Shown here: in pieces, positions 12,847-25,930 of the stretch | Layout of the letters: each line of letters starts with the position of its first letter | Numbering within the stretch: the stretch's first letter is position 1 | Notes under the pieces: generated by a model | The model's database searches: none | Told to the model about the DNA's origin: nothing | The model's input: only the letters and a program-made list of their open reading frames with translations | Position numbers and translations under genes: made by a program | Source: Octopus sinensis | Taxonomy: Eukaryota | DNA length: 64,000 nucleotides | Direction: 5' to 3' | Assembly (NCBI RefSeq): GCF_006345805.1 | Contig: NC_043023.1 | Span: forward strand, 7,378,001 to 7,442,000

Positions 12847-14740
12847 CAATTTTTTGTGCCACCTAATATGATTAATTATGAATTTTCTGGTTAATTCCGA
12901 ATGGACTCGACGGCTTATATTTATTGCTGCCGATAAATTTGGCGGCGAGGTGCGACGATTGAAAAATTGAAAATTTTAGGTCAGATATTACCTTGGCAGG
13001 GTCGGAAATGCCTTCGTGAAAATATCTGTTCCGACTTGGGCTATTTCTTTTTCTCTGAAGAATCTGAGGGCCTATGGAAGATTGGCTTGATTTAATTTAA
13101 TCAGGTTAGTTTACCATTAAGCAGCAGATGAAACGGTGCATCGTACAAGAAATAACAGGGTAAATAATGTTTTTTAAATTTTCTCCTGTTTACGGAATTA
13201 ATCTTTATTTGCGGTTGAAGCTTTGGCTGTTTTTCTAGTGGTGAAGGCCTATTATGGACGTTCCTTAATTGTTGATGTTGAACTTAAAAATGGTTCTATG
13301 ACTATTTAATTTTTTCCCACTAGGCCGCTGGTGGCAAAAAAATTCTACAAAATTTTTGTTGCCACCCTATATTGATTAATTATGAATTTTCTGGTTAATT
13401 CCGTAATGGAATCGACGGCTTATATTTATTGCTGCCGATAAATTTGGCGCGAGTGCGACTTTTGAAAATTTTAGGTCAGATATTACCTTGGCAGGGTCGG
13501 AAATGCTTCGTGAAAAATCTATCTTTCGACTTGGGCTATTTCTTGCTGAAGAATCTGAGGGCCTATGGAAGATTGGCTTGATTAATTTAATCAGGTTAGT
13601 TACCCTTAAACACAGATGAAACGGTGCATAGTACAAGAATTACAGGGTAAATGTTTTTTAAATTTTCTCCTGTTTACGGAATTATCTTTATTTTGGGTTG
13701 AAGCTTTGGCTGTTATTTCTAGTGGGGTGAATGGCCTATTATGGCCGTTCTTAATTGTTGATGTTGAACTTAAAATGGTCTATGACTATTTAATTTTTTC
13801 CCACTAGGCCGCTGGTGGCAAAAATTCTACAAAATTTTTGTTGCCACCCTATATTGATTAATTATGAATTTTCTGGTTAATTCCGTAATGGACTCGACGG
13901 CTTATATTTATTTGCTGCCGATATTTGGCGCGAGTGCGACGATTTGAAAATTTTAGGTCAGATATTACCTTGGCAGGGTCGGAAATGCCTCGTGAAAATA
14001 TCTGTTCCGACTTGGGCTATTTCTTGCTGAAGAATCTGAGGGCCTATGGAAGATTGGCTTGATTTAATTTAATCAGGTTAGTTTACCATTAAACAGCAGA
14101 TGAAACGGTGCATCGTACAAGAAATTACAGGGTAAATGTTTTTTAAATTTTCTCCTGTTTACGGAATTAATCTTTATTTGCGGTTGAAGCTTTGGCTGTT
14201 ATTTCTAGTGGGTGAATGGCCTATTATGGCCGTTCCTTAATTGTTGATGTTGAACTTAAAAATGGTCTATGACTATTTAATTTTTTCCCACTAGGCCGCT
14301 GGTGGCAAAAAAATTCTACAAAATTTTTGTTGCCACCCTATATTGATTAATTATGAATTTTCTGGTTAATTCCGTAATGGAATCGACGGCTTATATTTAT
14401 TTGCTGCCGATAAATTTGGCGCGAGTGCGACGATTTGAAAAATTTTAGGTCAGATATTACCTGGCAGGGTCGGAAATGCCTCGTGAAAATATCTGTTCCG
14501 ACTTGGGCTATTTCTTGCTGAAGAATCTGAGGGCCTATGGAAGATTGGCTTGATTTAATTTAATCAGGTTAGTTTACCATTAAACAGCAGATGAAACGGT
14601 GCATCGTACAAGAAATTACAGGGTAAATGTTTTTTAATTTTCTCCTGTTTACGGAATTAATCTTTATTTGCGGTTGAAGCTTTGGCTGTTATTTCTAGTG
14701 GTGGGAATGGCCATTATTATGGCCGTTCCTTAATTGTTGA
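12847..14740. repeat. Tandem repeat, unit of about 480-500 bp, about 3.9 copies
   Basis: The anchor GCCACC recurs at 12858, 13361, 13843 and 14332; units differ mostly by 1-bp indels. Confidence 0.93.
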
Positions 14741-14765
14741 TATATATATATATTATATATGTATA

Positions 14766-14809
<44 letters not shown>

Positions 14810-14832
14810 TATATATATATATATATAGATAT

Positions 14833-14872
<40 letters not shown>

Positions 14873-14875
<3 letters not shown>

Positions 14876-15255
14876 TGCGTCAGAAATTAATTAGCACTTA
14901 TCAAATTTCTACATTACATAGGTTAAAATCAATTAACCTATGAGCTGTTCAAAACATCTTACGCGATGAGAAAACTTAGTATGGTGTGATTTCGGTCCTT
15001 GGAGGCAGCTACCTATATCTATTAAACAAAGGAAGATTTGTCTGCATCCGCACTCCAAGTTGTTGTTGCACACTGCTATGTCAACATCATAAGGCTGTAG
15101 ACTATCAAACTGCTCTGTAAACAAAGTTACGTCATCGTTCTGCGCACCAGTGAACTCGCAACAAAGCATAGTTCGAGATATGGCCACTAGGTGACAGCAC
15201 ATACCTTGAGTGAAGAGCAAATCAAGGGTGGTATTTAATTCTGACGACGGTAGTG
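14873..15255. mobile_element. Tc1/mariner-type MITE or deletion derivative (383 bp)
   Basis: Imperfect TIRs CACTGCGTCAGAAATTAA / (reverse complement) CACTACCGTCGTCAGAATTAA, flanked by TA inside a (TA)n tract. Confidence 0.55.
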
Positions 15256-15261
15256 TATATA

Positions 15262-15303
<42 letters not shown>

Positions 15304-15394
15304 GTTATATATATATTATATTATATATATGTATATATATATGTATATATATATATGTAGATTTATATATATATGTATATATAATATATATACG

Positions 15395-15429
<35 letters not shown>

Positions 15430-15776
15430 GTATATATATGAATATATATATATATGGAAATATATATATGTATATATATGTATATGCATATATAATATAT
15501 GTATATATATGTATATATGTATATTATATATTATATTATATATATGTATAGTATATATATATGTATATGTATATATATATATACATGTATATGTATATAC
15601 ATGTATATGTATATATATATACTGTATATATATATATGTATATAATATATATATGTATATATATATATAGATATATGTATATATATATATGTAATATATA
15701 TATAGAATATAATAATTGATTATATTAATATATAGTAGATCTATATATATATATATGTATATATATATAAATATTG

Positions 15777-15822
<46 letters not shown>

Positions 15823-15961
15823 GATACATATATATATATGTATAATATATATATATGTATATTATATAAACTATTGATATATATAATTGTATTATATATA
15901 TATATATGTATATATATATTTACATATTATATATATATTAATTATATTATATATATATATG

Positions 15962-15995
<34 letters not shown>

Positions 15996-16274
15996 CTATA
16001 TATGTATATCTATGTATATATATATGTATATAGATAAGTATATATATATAATGTATAATATATATGTATATATATATATATATCTAATATGTGTATATAT
16101 ATATGTATATATGTATATATATGTATATATGTACCTATATATATATATATGTATATATATATGTATATATGTATATATATGTTAATATATATATATATAT
16201 ATATGTATTTATATATGTATATATATGTATATATATATATGTATAGTATTTATATGTATATATATATATATATG

Positions 16275-16309
<35 letters not shown>

Positions 16310-16550
16310 ATATATATATATATTATATGTATATATATATATATATGTATATATATTATATGTATATAATATATATGTATATATATATATATGTATATAT
16401 ATATCTATATGTATATATATATATATCTATGTTATATATATATATATATGTATATATAATATATTATGTATATATATATATGTATATATATGTTATATAT
16501 ATATATATATGTAGATGTATATATATAGATGTATATATATGTATAGTATA

Positions 16551-16634
<84 letters not shown>

Positions 16635-16779
16635 GTATATATATAAATATGATCTATATATATATAATATATATATATATAATATCTATATATATATTAA
16701 TATATATATATGTATATATATATATATGTATATAATATATATATGTATATATATATATATATGTATATTATATATGTAA

Positions 16780-16833
<54 letters not shown>

Positions 16834-16858
16834 TATATATATGTAATATATATATATG

Positions 16859-16889
<31 letters not shown>

Positions 16890-17200
16890 GTATATATATA
16901 TATGTATATATATATATATGTATATGTATATGTATTTATATGTATATAAATGTATATATATATAATATGTATATATATATATATGTATATATATATGTGT
17001 ATATATATATCTATGTATATATCTGTATATGTATATGTATGTATATGTATATATATGTATATATATATGTATATATATATATATGTTATATATATATATA
17101 TGTATATATATATAATGTATATATAGTATATATATGTATATATATGTATATGTATATATAATATGTAGTATATATAGATTGTTGTATGTATATATATATG

Positions 17201-17232
<32 letters not shown>

Positions 17233-17570
17233 TATATGTATGTAGATATATATATGTATGTATGTTCTTATATATATGTATGTATGTATATATATAGTAG
17301 TATGGATTATATAATATATATATGTATGTATATATATATATATATGTATGTATATATATATATATGTATGTATGTATATATATATGTATGTATGTATATT
17401 ATATGTATGTATTATATGTATGTATGTATATCTATGTATGTATGTATATATGTATGTATATATATCTATATGTATGTATATATATGTATGTATGTATATA
17501 TATGTATGTATGTATATTGTATGTATGTCTATATAATATGTATGGATATATATATTGTATGTATATATAC
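15256..17570. repeat. About 2.3-kb (TA)n tract grading into (TATG)n
   Basis: Direct inspection. Confidence 0.97.
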
Positions 17571-17571
17571 G

Positions 17572-17748
17572 AAGCAATAGGGTTCAGCAAGACGATTGCC
17601 TTACCACATACCGAATTTAGAAATAGGTCAAAGGGTTTAGCTATTTCTTCTACTAAAAAGTTAGTAGAAGAAATAGCTATAACCCTTTGACTGCTATTTC
17701 TAAAATTCGGTATGTGGTAAGGCAATTCGTGCTAAACCCTTATTGCTT
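17572..17748. repeat. Fold-back inverted repeat, about 85-bp arms, 4-nt loop
   Basis: AAGCAATAGGGTT...CTTCTACTAA [AAAG] TTAGTAGAAG...TATTGCTT. Confidence 0.85.
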
Positions 17749-17903
17749 AGTATTACTTAAATTTCCTCGAATGAGGCTTTTAATGGGCATTTTACATGCC
17801 GAAAGACTACTTGGTGTATTGATAATTATTCCAAATTAATGAATTTCACCCCTTTCATTATTATGTATGTATATATAATATATATATGTTATATATATAT
17901 ATC

Positions 17904-17936
<33 letters not shown>

Positions 17937-19556
17937 TAGTATATATAGCTTATTAAATCTCAGAACGAGATTGTAAATAGTATCGCTCAACAAGTTAACG
18001 TATTATTGCCATCCCATCCATTATTCAGACATAGTATATCTAATGTATAGTGGTTAATAATCAGTGGCTATAGTTGTTGTTTAGCCCCAGGTCAGTTATA
18101 ACCCAACAGACCTATGATCAAAGACATTCCAGCCGTGTCCATCCATCATTTTTCAGACATAGTATATCTAATGTATAGTGGTTAATATCAGTGGCTATAG
18201 TTGTTGTTTAGCCCCAGGTCAGTTATAACCCCAGACAGACCTATGATCAAAGACATTCCAGCCGTGTCCCATTCCCATCCATTATTCAGACATAGTATAT
18301 CTAATGTATAGTGGTTAATATCAGTGGCTATAGTGGTTGTTTAACCCAGGTCAGTCCTAACCCAGACAGACCTATGATCAAAGACATTCCAGCCGTGGTG
18401 ACCATCCCATCCATTATTCAGACATAGTATATCTAATGTACAGTGGTTAATATTAGTGGCTATAGTTGTTGTTTGGCCCCAGGTCAGTCATAATCAAGAC
18501 AGGCCTATGATCAAAGACATTCCAGCCGTGACCATCCCATCCATTATTCAGACATAGTATATCTAATGTATAGTGGTAATATTAGTGGTCTATAAGTTGT
18601 TGTTTCGCCCCAGGTCAATCATAATCAAGAAAGCCTATGATCAACGACATTCCAGCCGTGACCATCCCATCCGTTATTCAGACATAGTATATCTAATGTA
18701 TAGTGGTTAATATATTAGTGCTATAGTTGTTGTTTAGCCCCAGGTCAATCCCAACCCAGACAGACCTATGATCAAAAACATTCCAGCCTTGACCATGCCA
18801 TCATTATTCGGACATCGTATATAATGTACAGTGGTTAATATTGTGGCTATAGTTGTTGTTTAGCCCCAGGCAGGTCAGTCTAACCCAGACAAACCTATGA
18901 TCAAAGACATTCCAGCCGTGACCATCACATCAATTATTCAGACATAGTATATCTAATGTATAGTGGTTAATATTAGTGGCTATAGTGTTTGTTTAGGCCC
19001 AGGTTAGTCCTGATCACGACAGGCCTATGATCAAAGACATTCCAGCCCGCGTTACATCCATCCATTTTCAGACATAGTATATCTAATGTATAGTGGTTAA
19101 TATAGTGGCTATAGTTGTTGTTTGTCCCCAGGTCAGTCATAATCAAGACAGGCCTATGATCAAAGACATTCCATCCAGCCGTGACCATCCCATCTATTCA
19201 GACATAGTATATCTAATGTATTGGTTAATATTAGTGGCTATAGTTGTTGTTTGTCCCAGGTCAGTCATAATCAAGACAGGCCTATGATCAAAGACATTCC
19301 AGCCGTGACCACCCCATCCGTTATTCAGACATAGTATGTCTAATGAATAGTGGTTAATATTAGTGGCTATAGTCGTTGTTTGGCCCCAGGTCAATCCCAA
19401 CCCAGACAGACCTATGATCAAAAACATTCCAGCCGTGACCATCCCATCCATTATTCAGACATAGTATATCTAATGTACAGTGGTTAATATCAGTGGCTAT
19501 AGTTGTTGTTTAGCCCCAGGTCAGTCCTAACCCAGACAGACCTATGATCAAAGACA

Positions 19557-20107
19557 TGTAAAGGGAACTGGTTGCTTCTTTACACTTTTGGCGTGCAACT
19601 TGGGTGCAACACAATTTCCTTTCTTTTTGTTTCTAGAAACTACCAGTCAGGAACGAAAAGCAAGTTTAAAAATACATATAATACTTTATTTTCTTGGTTC
19701 AACAATGAAACACGATGGTATGTTTTTATCCACCTGGTTCTAAGCAGCAAGGCTGAATTCAAACGTTTGTAAGCTTTACAACAATTCAGCAGCAGTGGAA
19801 CAGGCTTCTGGAACAGGTTTCAAAATATATGTCCTTTGGCTTCTATGGCTGTGACTCAGTTGTAAGCTTTACAACAATTCAGCAGCAGTGGAACAGGCTT
19901 CTGGAACAGGTTTCAAAATATATGTCCTTTGGCTTCTATCGCTGTGACTCATTCTTCAGTCTCTAGCGCATGTGCATGAGGAAACTTCTTATGCCTTTCC
20001 AGAAGGTTCCATAGGCTGATCACACGCACACTGAAGAAGGACGTTCTGCACACGCACACTGAAGAATGACGTTGCGTGTGCGCACACTGGAATATGACGT
20101 CACTACA
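19557..20107 (-). mobile_element. Solo LTR (551 bp) with an internal duplication of about 95 bp
   Basis: TGTA...TACA termini, 4-bp TSD GACA (19553-19556 / 20108-20111), AATAAA on the minus strand. A 4-bp TSD with TG..CA ends fits Gypsy-type LTRs. Confidence 0.75.
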
Positions 20108-21671
20108 GACATTCCAGCCGTGACCATCCCATCCATTATTCAGACATAATATATCTACTGTATAGTGGTTAATATTAGTGGCTATAGTGGTTATTTAGCC
20201 CCAGGTCTGTCCCAACCCAGACAGACCTATGATCAAAGGCATTCCAGCCGTGACCATCCCATCCATTATTCAGACATAGTATATCTACTGTATAGTGGTT
20301 AATATTAGTGGCTATAGTTGTTGTTTAGCCCCAGGTCTGTCCCAACCCAGACAGACCTATGATCAAAGACATTCCAGCTGTGACCATCCCATCCATTATT
20401 CAGACATAGTATATCTACAGTATAGTGGTTAATATTAGTGGCTATAGTTGTTATTTAGCCCCAGGTCTGTCCCAACCCAGGCAGACCTATGATCAAAGAC
20501 ATTCCAGCTGTGACCATCCCATCCATTATTCAGACATAGTATATCTACAGTATAGTGGTTAATATTAGTGGCTATAGTTGTTATTTAGCCCCAGGTCTGT
20601 CCCAACCCAGGCAGACCTATGATCAAAGACATTCCAGCTGTGACCATCCCATCCATTATTCAGACATAGTATATCTACAGTATAGTGGTTAATATTAGTG
20701 GCTATAGTTGTTATTTAGCCCCAGGTCTGTCCCAACCCAGGCAGACCTATGATCAAAGACATTCCAGCTGTGACCATCCCATCCATTATTCAGACATAGT
20801 ATATCTACAGTATAGTGGTTAATATTAGTGGCTATAGTTGTTGTTTAGCTCCAGGTCTGTCCCAACCCAGACAGACCTATGATCAAAGGCATTCCAGCCG
20901 TGACCATCCCATCCGTTATTCAGACATAGTATATCTAATGTATAGTGGTTAATATTAGTGGCTATAGTTGTTGTTTAGCCCCAGGTCAATCCCAACCCAG
21001 ACAGACCTATGATCAAAAACATTCCAGCCGTGACCATCCCATCAATTATTCAGACATAGTATATCTAATGTACAGTGGTTAATATTAGTGGCTATAGTTG
21101 TTGTTTAGCCCCAGGTCAGTCCTAACCCAGACAAACCTATGTTCAAAGACATTCCAGCCGTGACCATCCCTTCAATTATTCAGACATAGTATATCTAATG
21201 TATAGTGGTTAATATTAGTGGCTATAGTTGTTGTTTAGCCCCAGGTTAGTCCTTATCACGACAGGCCTATGATCAAAGACATTCCAGCCGTGACCATCCC
21301 ATCCATTATTCAGACATAGTATATCTAATGTATAGTGGTTAATATTAGTGGCTATATTTGTTGTTTGTCCCCAGGTCAGTCATAATCAAGACAGGCCTAT
21401 GATCAAAGACATTCCAGCCGTGACCACCCCACCCGTTTTTCAGACATAGTATATCTAATGAATAGTGGTTAATATTAGTGGCTATAGTTGTTGTTTGGCC
21501 CCAGGTCAGTCATAATCAAGACAGGCTTATGATCAAAGACATTCCAGCCGTCTCCATCCCATCCATTATTCAGACATAGTATATCTAATGTATAGTGGTT
21601 AATATCAGTGGCTATAGTTGTTGTTTGGCCCCAGGTCAGTCCGTAACCAGACAGACCTATAATCAAAGACA

Positions 21672-22124
21672 TGTAAAGGGAACTGGTTGCTTTCTTTACA
21701 CGTTTGGCGTGCAACTTGTGTGCACACAATTTCCTTTCTTTTTGTGTCTAAAACTACCAGTCAGGAACGAACAGCAGTTAGAAATACATATAATACTTTA
21801 TTTTCTTGGTTCAACAATGAACACGATGTATGTTTTTATATCCACCTGGTTCTAAGCAGCAAGGCTGAATTCAAACGTTTGTAAGCTTTACAACAATTCG
21901 CAGCAGTGGAACAGGCTTCTGGATCAGGTTTCAAATATATGTCCTTTGGCTTCTATCGCTGTGCCCTCATTCTTCAGTCTCTAGCGCATGTGCATGAGGA
22001 AACTTCTTATTGCCTTTCCAGAAGGTTCCATAGGCTGATCACACGCACACTGAGAAGGACGTTCTGCACACGCACACTGAAGAATGACGTTGCGTTGCGC
22101 ACACTGGAATATGACGTCACTACA
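21672..22124 (-). mobile_element. Solo LTR (453 bp), second copy at the same position in the satellite unit
   Basis: Same sequence, termini and GACA TSD as 19557-20107, without the internal duplication. Confidence 0.75.
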
Positions 22125-22689
22125 GACATTCCAGCCGTGACCATCCCATCCATTATTCAGAATACTATATCTACTGTATAGTGGTTTAATATTAGTGGCT
22201 TAGTGGTTTATTTAGCCCGTCGTCCCAACCCAGACAGACCTATGATCAAAGCATTCCAGCCGTGACCATCCCATCTATTATTCAGACATAGTATATCTAC
22301 TGTATAGTGGTTAATATTAGTGGCTATAGTTGTTGTTTAGCCCCAGATCTGTCCCAACCCAGACAGACCTATGATCAAAGGCATTCCAGCCGTGACCATC
22401 CCATCCATTATTCAGACATAGTATATCTACTGTATAGTGGTTAATATTAGTGGCTATAAGTTGTTGTTTAGCCCCAGGTCAGCCCTAAACCAGACTGACC
22501 TATGATCAAAGACATTATAATTATTGCTAATGTGTATATGTTCTTTTACTCGTGTATGCATGTGCGTTGTGTGTTTGTATGTGTTGTGTGTGTGTGTGTG
22601 TCTGTTTCTGAGAATGTATTGGAGAGCATATATAAATGCGTCTATGTATTTACACCCGCATCATCTAATTATGCAAGTGCTATTCATTA

Positions 22690-23010
22690 ACTATGCCTTC
22701 TCTCTCAAAGACTTCTCCATCGGAACAGAGACCTGGGAGACACTTGCTGCCAACCGCTCATCCTGGCGCAGCGCAATCACCGTGGGAGCAGGGACAGCCG
22801 AGGAGGGACGGATTCGGTCAGCGGAGCAGAAACGTCAGATGCGTAAAGTCAGAGCCGCCTGCACCAGTAGCACTGCCCCTACCCACTTCTGCCCCACCTG
22901 TGGGAGGGGCTTCCTTGCCCGGATTGGCCTCACCAGCCACCTCCGGTCTCATGGCGGCAGTTCCATCAGATGATGTCAGTTGGTCATCTTCGAACCGAAG
23001 GACGAACATT
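22690..23010 (+). mobile_element. 3' end of a second RTE-clade LINE lineage (CCHH zinc-finger C-terminus)
   Basis: SLKDFSI..ETWETLAANRSSWR...HFCPTCGRGFLARIGLTSHLRSH*, then a short 3' UTR; this C-terminus is typical of RTE ORF2. Confidence 0.8.
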
Positions 23011-23147
23011 ACACTTTTTACTTCATTTCTCCCCCGCACGACACCATCCCAGACTCACATCCTGTTAACGAAGAACATCACCAAACACACATCATGCCTA
23101 AAACACTTGTTCTCATGTTTTCATTATATGCATACACACAAACAAAC

Positions 23148-23180
<33 letters not shown>

Positions 23181-23570
23181 TGTATATAACAAAGATCTTT
23201 TAAATGTTTTAGGTCACAGCTTGGATTATAACCATATCTACAAACTATACGCACACACACGTACATACATTTCATTCATACATACAATTTACGAGTAAAT
23301 AGATAAGTGGTGTAACCGCAAACCAGATAGTCATCCTTCTGACCTCCAAGTTAGTTTGTAACCACTTTATATCTATTATCCTTATATTCTTTTAAATTTT
23401 TATATTTTTACATCCCTTTATATAAAAAAAAAATTTTTTTTATGTTTTTATATATTTTTTAGTATATTTTTTTATATTTTTATGTTCTTTTATATTTTTT
23501 ATATTTCTTTATAATTTTATATTTTATTTTGCTACGTTTATACCTTTTTATTTTTCTATCTTTGTATATA

Positions 23571-24423
23571 TCTCTCTATATAAACGGCAGCTTGTCTGTG
23601 TGTCTGTCAGGTTGTACCCTCACCCTGACCACGGCTTTCAACCGATTCTGATGAAACTTGACACCCACATAGCCCAATGTCATAATTCAAAACTAACGCA
23701 CCGAAAATTTTGAAAAGTTCCTCCAGTTCTGAAAAAAATCGCTAAATTCGACATGGGGTCGAGAATCTAAGCTTATCATATGCAACACATTTTCCATTGT
23801 AGTTTTCGCAACTTGCAATCGATTTTTACCAAACTCATGGTGAAGCTTAATGTTACCCTAAGGAACCTAATTCTGGCGTTAGTTTTCCATGCAATACCTT
23901 ACCATTCGAAAAAAATCGATAAAATCATGCCATTCTGGGAAATCGCGTTCAAATTCAAGATGACATATTTTCGACAATATCTTTAACAAATTGGCAGGAA
24001 TGTTTTTTGAAATTCACTGCAAGCATCATGCCTGCTCCAAGGAGCTATATGACCCTTTTGATTCCAATAGGATACGTTATTACTGGAAAAAATCGGTTAA
24101 TTACATCATATGTGGCACACATAGCAAACCAATTTTTCTATGATATGTTTTGAAAGTTCACATAGATTTTCCCTACACCGATGTTGGACATCAAGTTTGC
24201 ATAAAATGTCAAACTACCGACCTTTTGTCAATGCAGTTAACAAGTATTGGGAGAAATCGACAAAACCATATAAATTTGAGACCGACCATGCGAACCCTAC
24301 AAAACTGACTTTTATTATTTACAAAATAACGGTTCAATGAGTACAAAAAAGGGTAAAAATGTAAAGGATATTGCTTATCAACAGTTTCTTACATACCCGG
24401 GCAACGCCGGGCTATGCTGCTAG
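23571..24423 (+). mobile_element. Non-autonomous Helitron (853 bp)
   Basis: Starts with TC after A23570; 3' hairpin CCCGGGCAACGCCGGG, then CTAG (24420-24423) followed by T; no TSD. Confidence 0.85.
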
Positions 24424-24704
24424 TATGTATGACTGACATACATACATATATATACATACATACACACACATACATACATACATATATAAACTCCTTGCTG
24501 TTCTCCTCATCACAGCAAAATGGTGTCTGTTTTCTGTGGTATGAAAAGAAAATGAATAATGCTACCTTTGTCTGGGGGCGAACCCAGACCCCCTGTCGTT
24601 AAAATTTTTACTGTATCTGACTGGCTGAATAGCTCCTTAGAATAAATGTAATTAGAAGATTAATAAAGGTTGGTTATGTGCATGGAGTGGTGGATTGTGG
24701 GTGT

Positions 24705-24890
24705 AGCGTGTGTGGTGGAAGTGGTGGTGGTGGTGGTGATGGTGGAGGTGGTGGTGGTGGTGGAGGTGGTGGTGGTGGTGATGGTGGTGGTGGTGGTGGT
24801 GGTGGTGGTGGTGATGGTGGTGGTGGTGGTGGTGGTGGTGTTGGTGTTGGTGGTGGTGGTGGTGGAGGTGGTGGTGGTGGTGGAGGTAAT
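24705..24890. repeat. (GGT)n microsatellite
   Basis: Direct inspection. Confidence 0.95.
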
Positions 24891-24967
24891 TATTAGATGT
24901 GTTGTGCTTCAGAAGACTCGTTAAGCCAGGTAAAATCATAGACATAGCTGTTGCAGGTGTTGTGTGA

Positions 24968-25133
24968 ATGGCACCTGGAGTGGCTGTGTGGTAAGTAGAT
25001 TGTTTACCAACCACATGGTTCTGGGTTCAGTCCCAATGCGTGGTACCTTTGCATGTGTCTTCTACTATAGCCTTGGGCAGACCAATGCCTTATGAGTGGA
25101 TTTGGTAGACAGAAACTGAAAGAAGCCCGTCGT
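24968..25133 (+). mobile_element. SINE family A, 5' half
   Basis: GGAGTGGCTGTGTGGTAAG...GGGTTCAGTCCC...GAAAGAAGCCCGTCG. Confidence 0.8.
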
Positions 25134-25145
25134 ATATATGTATAC

Positions 25146-25178
<33 letters not shown>

Positions 25179-25346
25179 TATAATATATATATATATATAT
25201 AAAAGAGCAATAAAGATTCAAGTTAATTTTAAAAAATTACTTGAATATGGTACCTAACTTAGATGCACCAAAAAAACTATACTGATTTAACAATACAGTA
25301 ATGTGGGGTGATATAAGCGAGAAAGAAGCAACAAGAATGGATAGGT

Positions 25347-25437
25347 TTTTAGTACGATCGTTTCATACAAGGACAGGTTTTATTAAAAGTTGCAAAGATT
25401 ACAGCATATAAACGAGTCCCGTACTCATCAGCTAAAA
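25347..25437 (-). ncRNA. Type I hammerhead motif (left arm of the palindrome)
   Basis: Reverse complement of 25841-25930. Confidence 0.8.
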
Positions 25438-25840
25438 TACATGTAAGTTCTCTAGACATCCTAGTGTTTGAGGCTATACTCATGAAGTAATGTAGATAAT
25501 TAAAACAGATTTCTAAAGTTCATTAAAGTTCCTTAAAGATGATGTATAGTCTTATCACAGAATTTTAAAAAAGTTTTGATAGCATCACAGAGAAGGTGAC
25601 CTAATCCATATGAATTTCCATAGATATGATGAGGGATTATAATCCCTCATCATATCTATGGAAATTCATATGGATTAGGTCACCTTCTCTGTGATGCTAT
25701 CAAAACTTTTTTAAAATTCTGTGATAAGACTATACATCATCTTTAAGGAACTTTAATGAACTTTAGAAATCTGTTTAATTATCTACATTACTTCATGAGT
25801 ATAGCCTCAAACACTAGGATGTCTAGAGAACTTACATGTA

Positions 25841-25930
25841 TTTTAGCTGATGAGTACGGGACTCGTTTATATGCTGTAATCTTGCAACTTTTAATAAAAC
25901 CTGTCCTTGTATGAAACGATCGTACTAAAA
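25841..25930 (+). ncRNA. Type I hammerhead motif with palindromic helix III (dimer type)
   Basis: TTTTAG-CTGATGA-GTAC-GGGAC...GTCC-TT-GTAT-GAA-ACGATCGT-A^CTAAAA: 6-bp stem I, intact core, extended stem II with a G.U closing pair, self-complementary ACGATCGT; predicted cut after 25924. Confidence 0.8.

Larger units (their letters stand above)
18009..22516. repeat. 130-bp satellite, about 27 units, interrupted by two solo LTRs
   Basis: CAGACAT anchors at 20141, 20271 and 20401 give a 130-bp period. Confidence 0.95.

Noticed and set aside
14933-15220. 95-aa Cys-rich minus-strand ORF
   Set aside because: Lies wholly inside a TIR-bounded 383-bp element; no recognisable domain.
10385-17580. Dozens of Y/I/C/M/V-rich ORFs here and at 41900-44000, 45600-46250, 55200-56250 and 58700-61000
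   Set aside because: They are translations of (TA)n, (CATA)n, (TATG)n and (TCTA)n microsatellites.
17770-17815. GGCA-TTTTACA-TGCC-GAAAGACTA as a hammerhead
   Set aside because: A stem II and GAAA are present, but there is no CUGANGA and no stem I.
23648-23662. CTGATGAAAC in the Helitron as a hammerhead
   Set aside because: No room for stem II between the core halves, and no stem I; it is a subterminal Helitron motif.
24652-25014. Poly-His/poly-Gly/poly-Val ORFs
   Set aside because: (GGT)n microsatellite.
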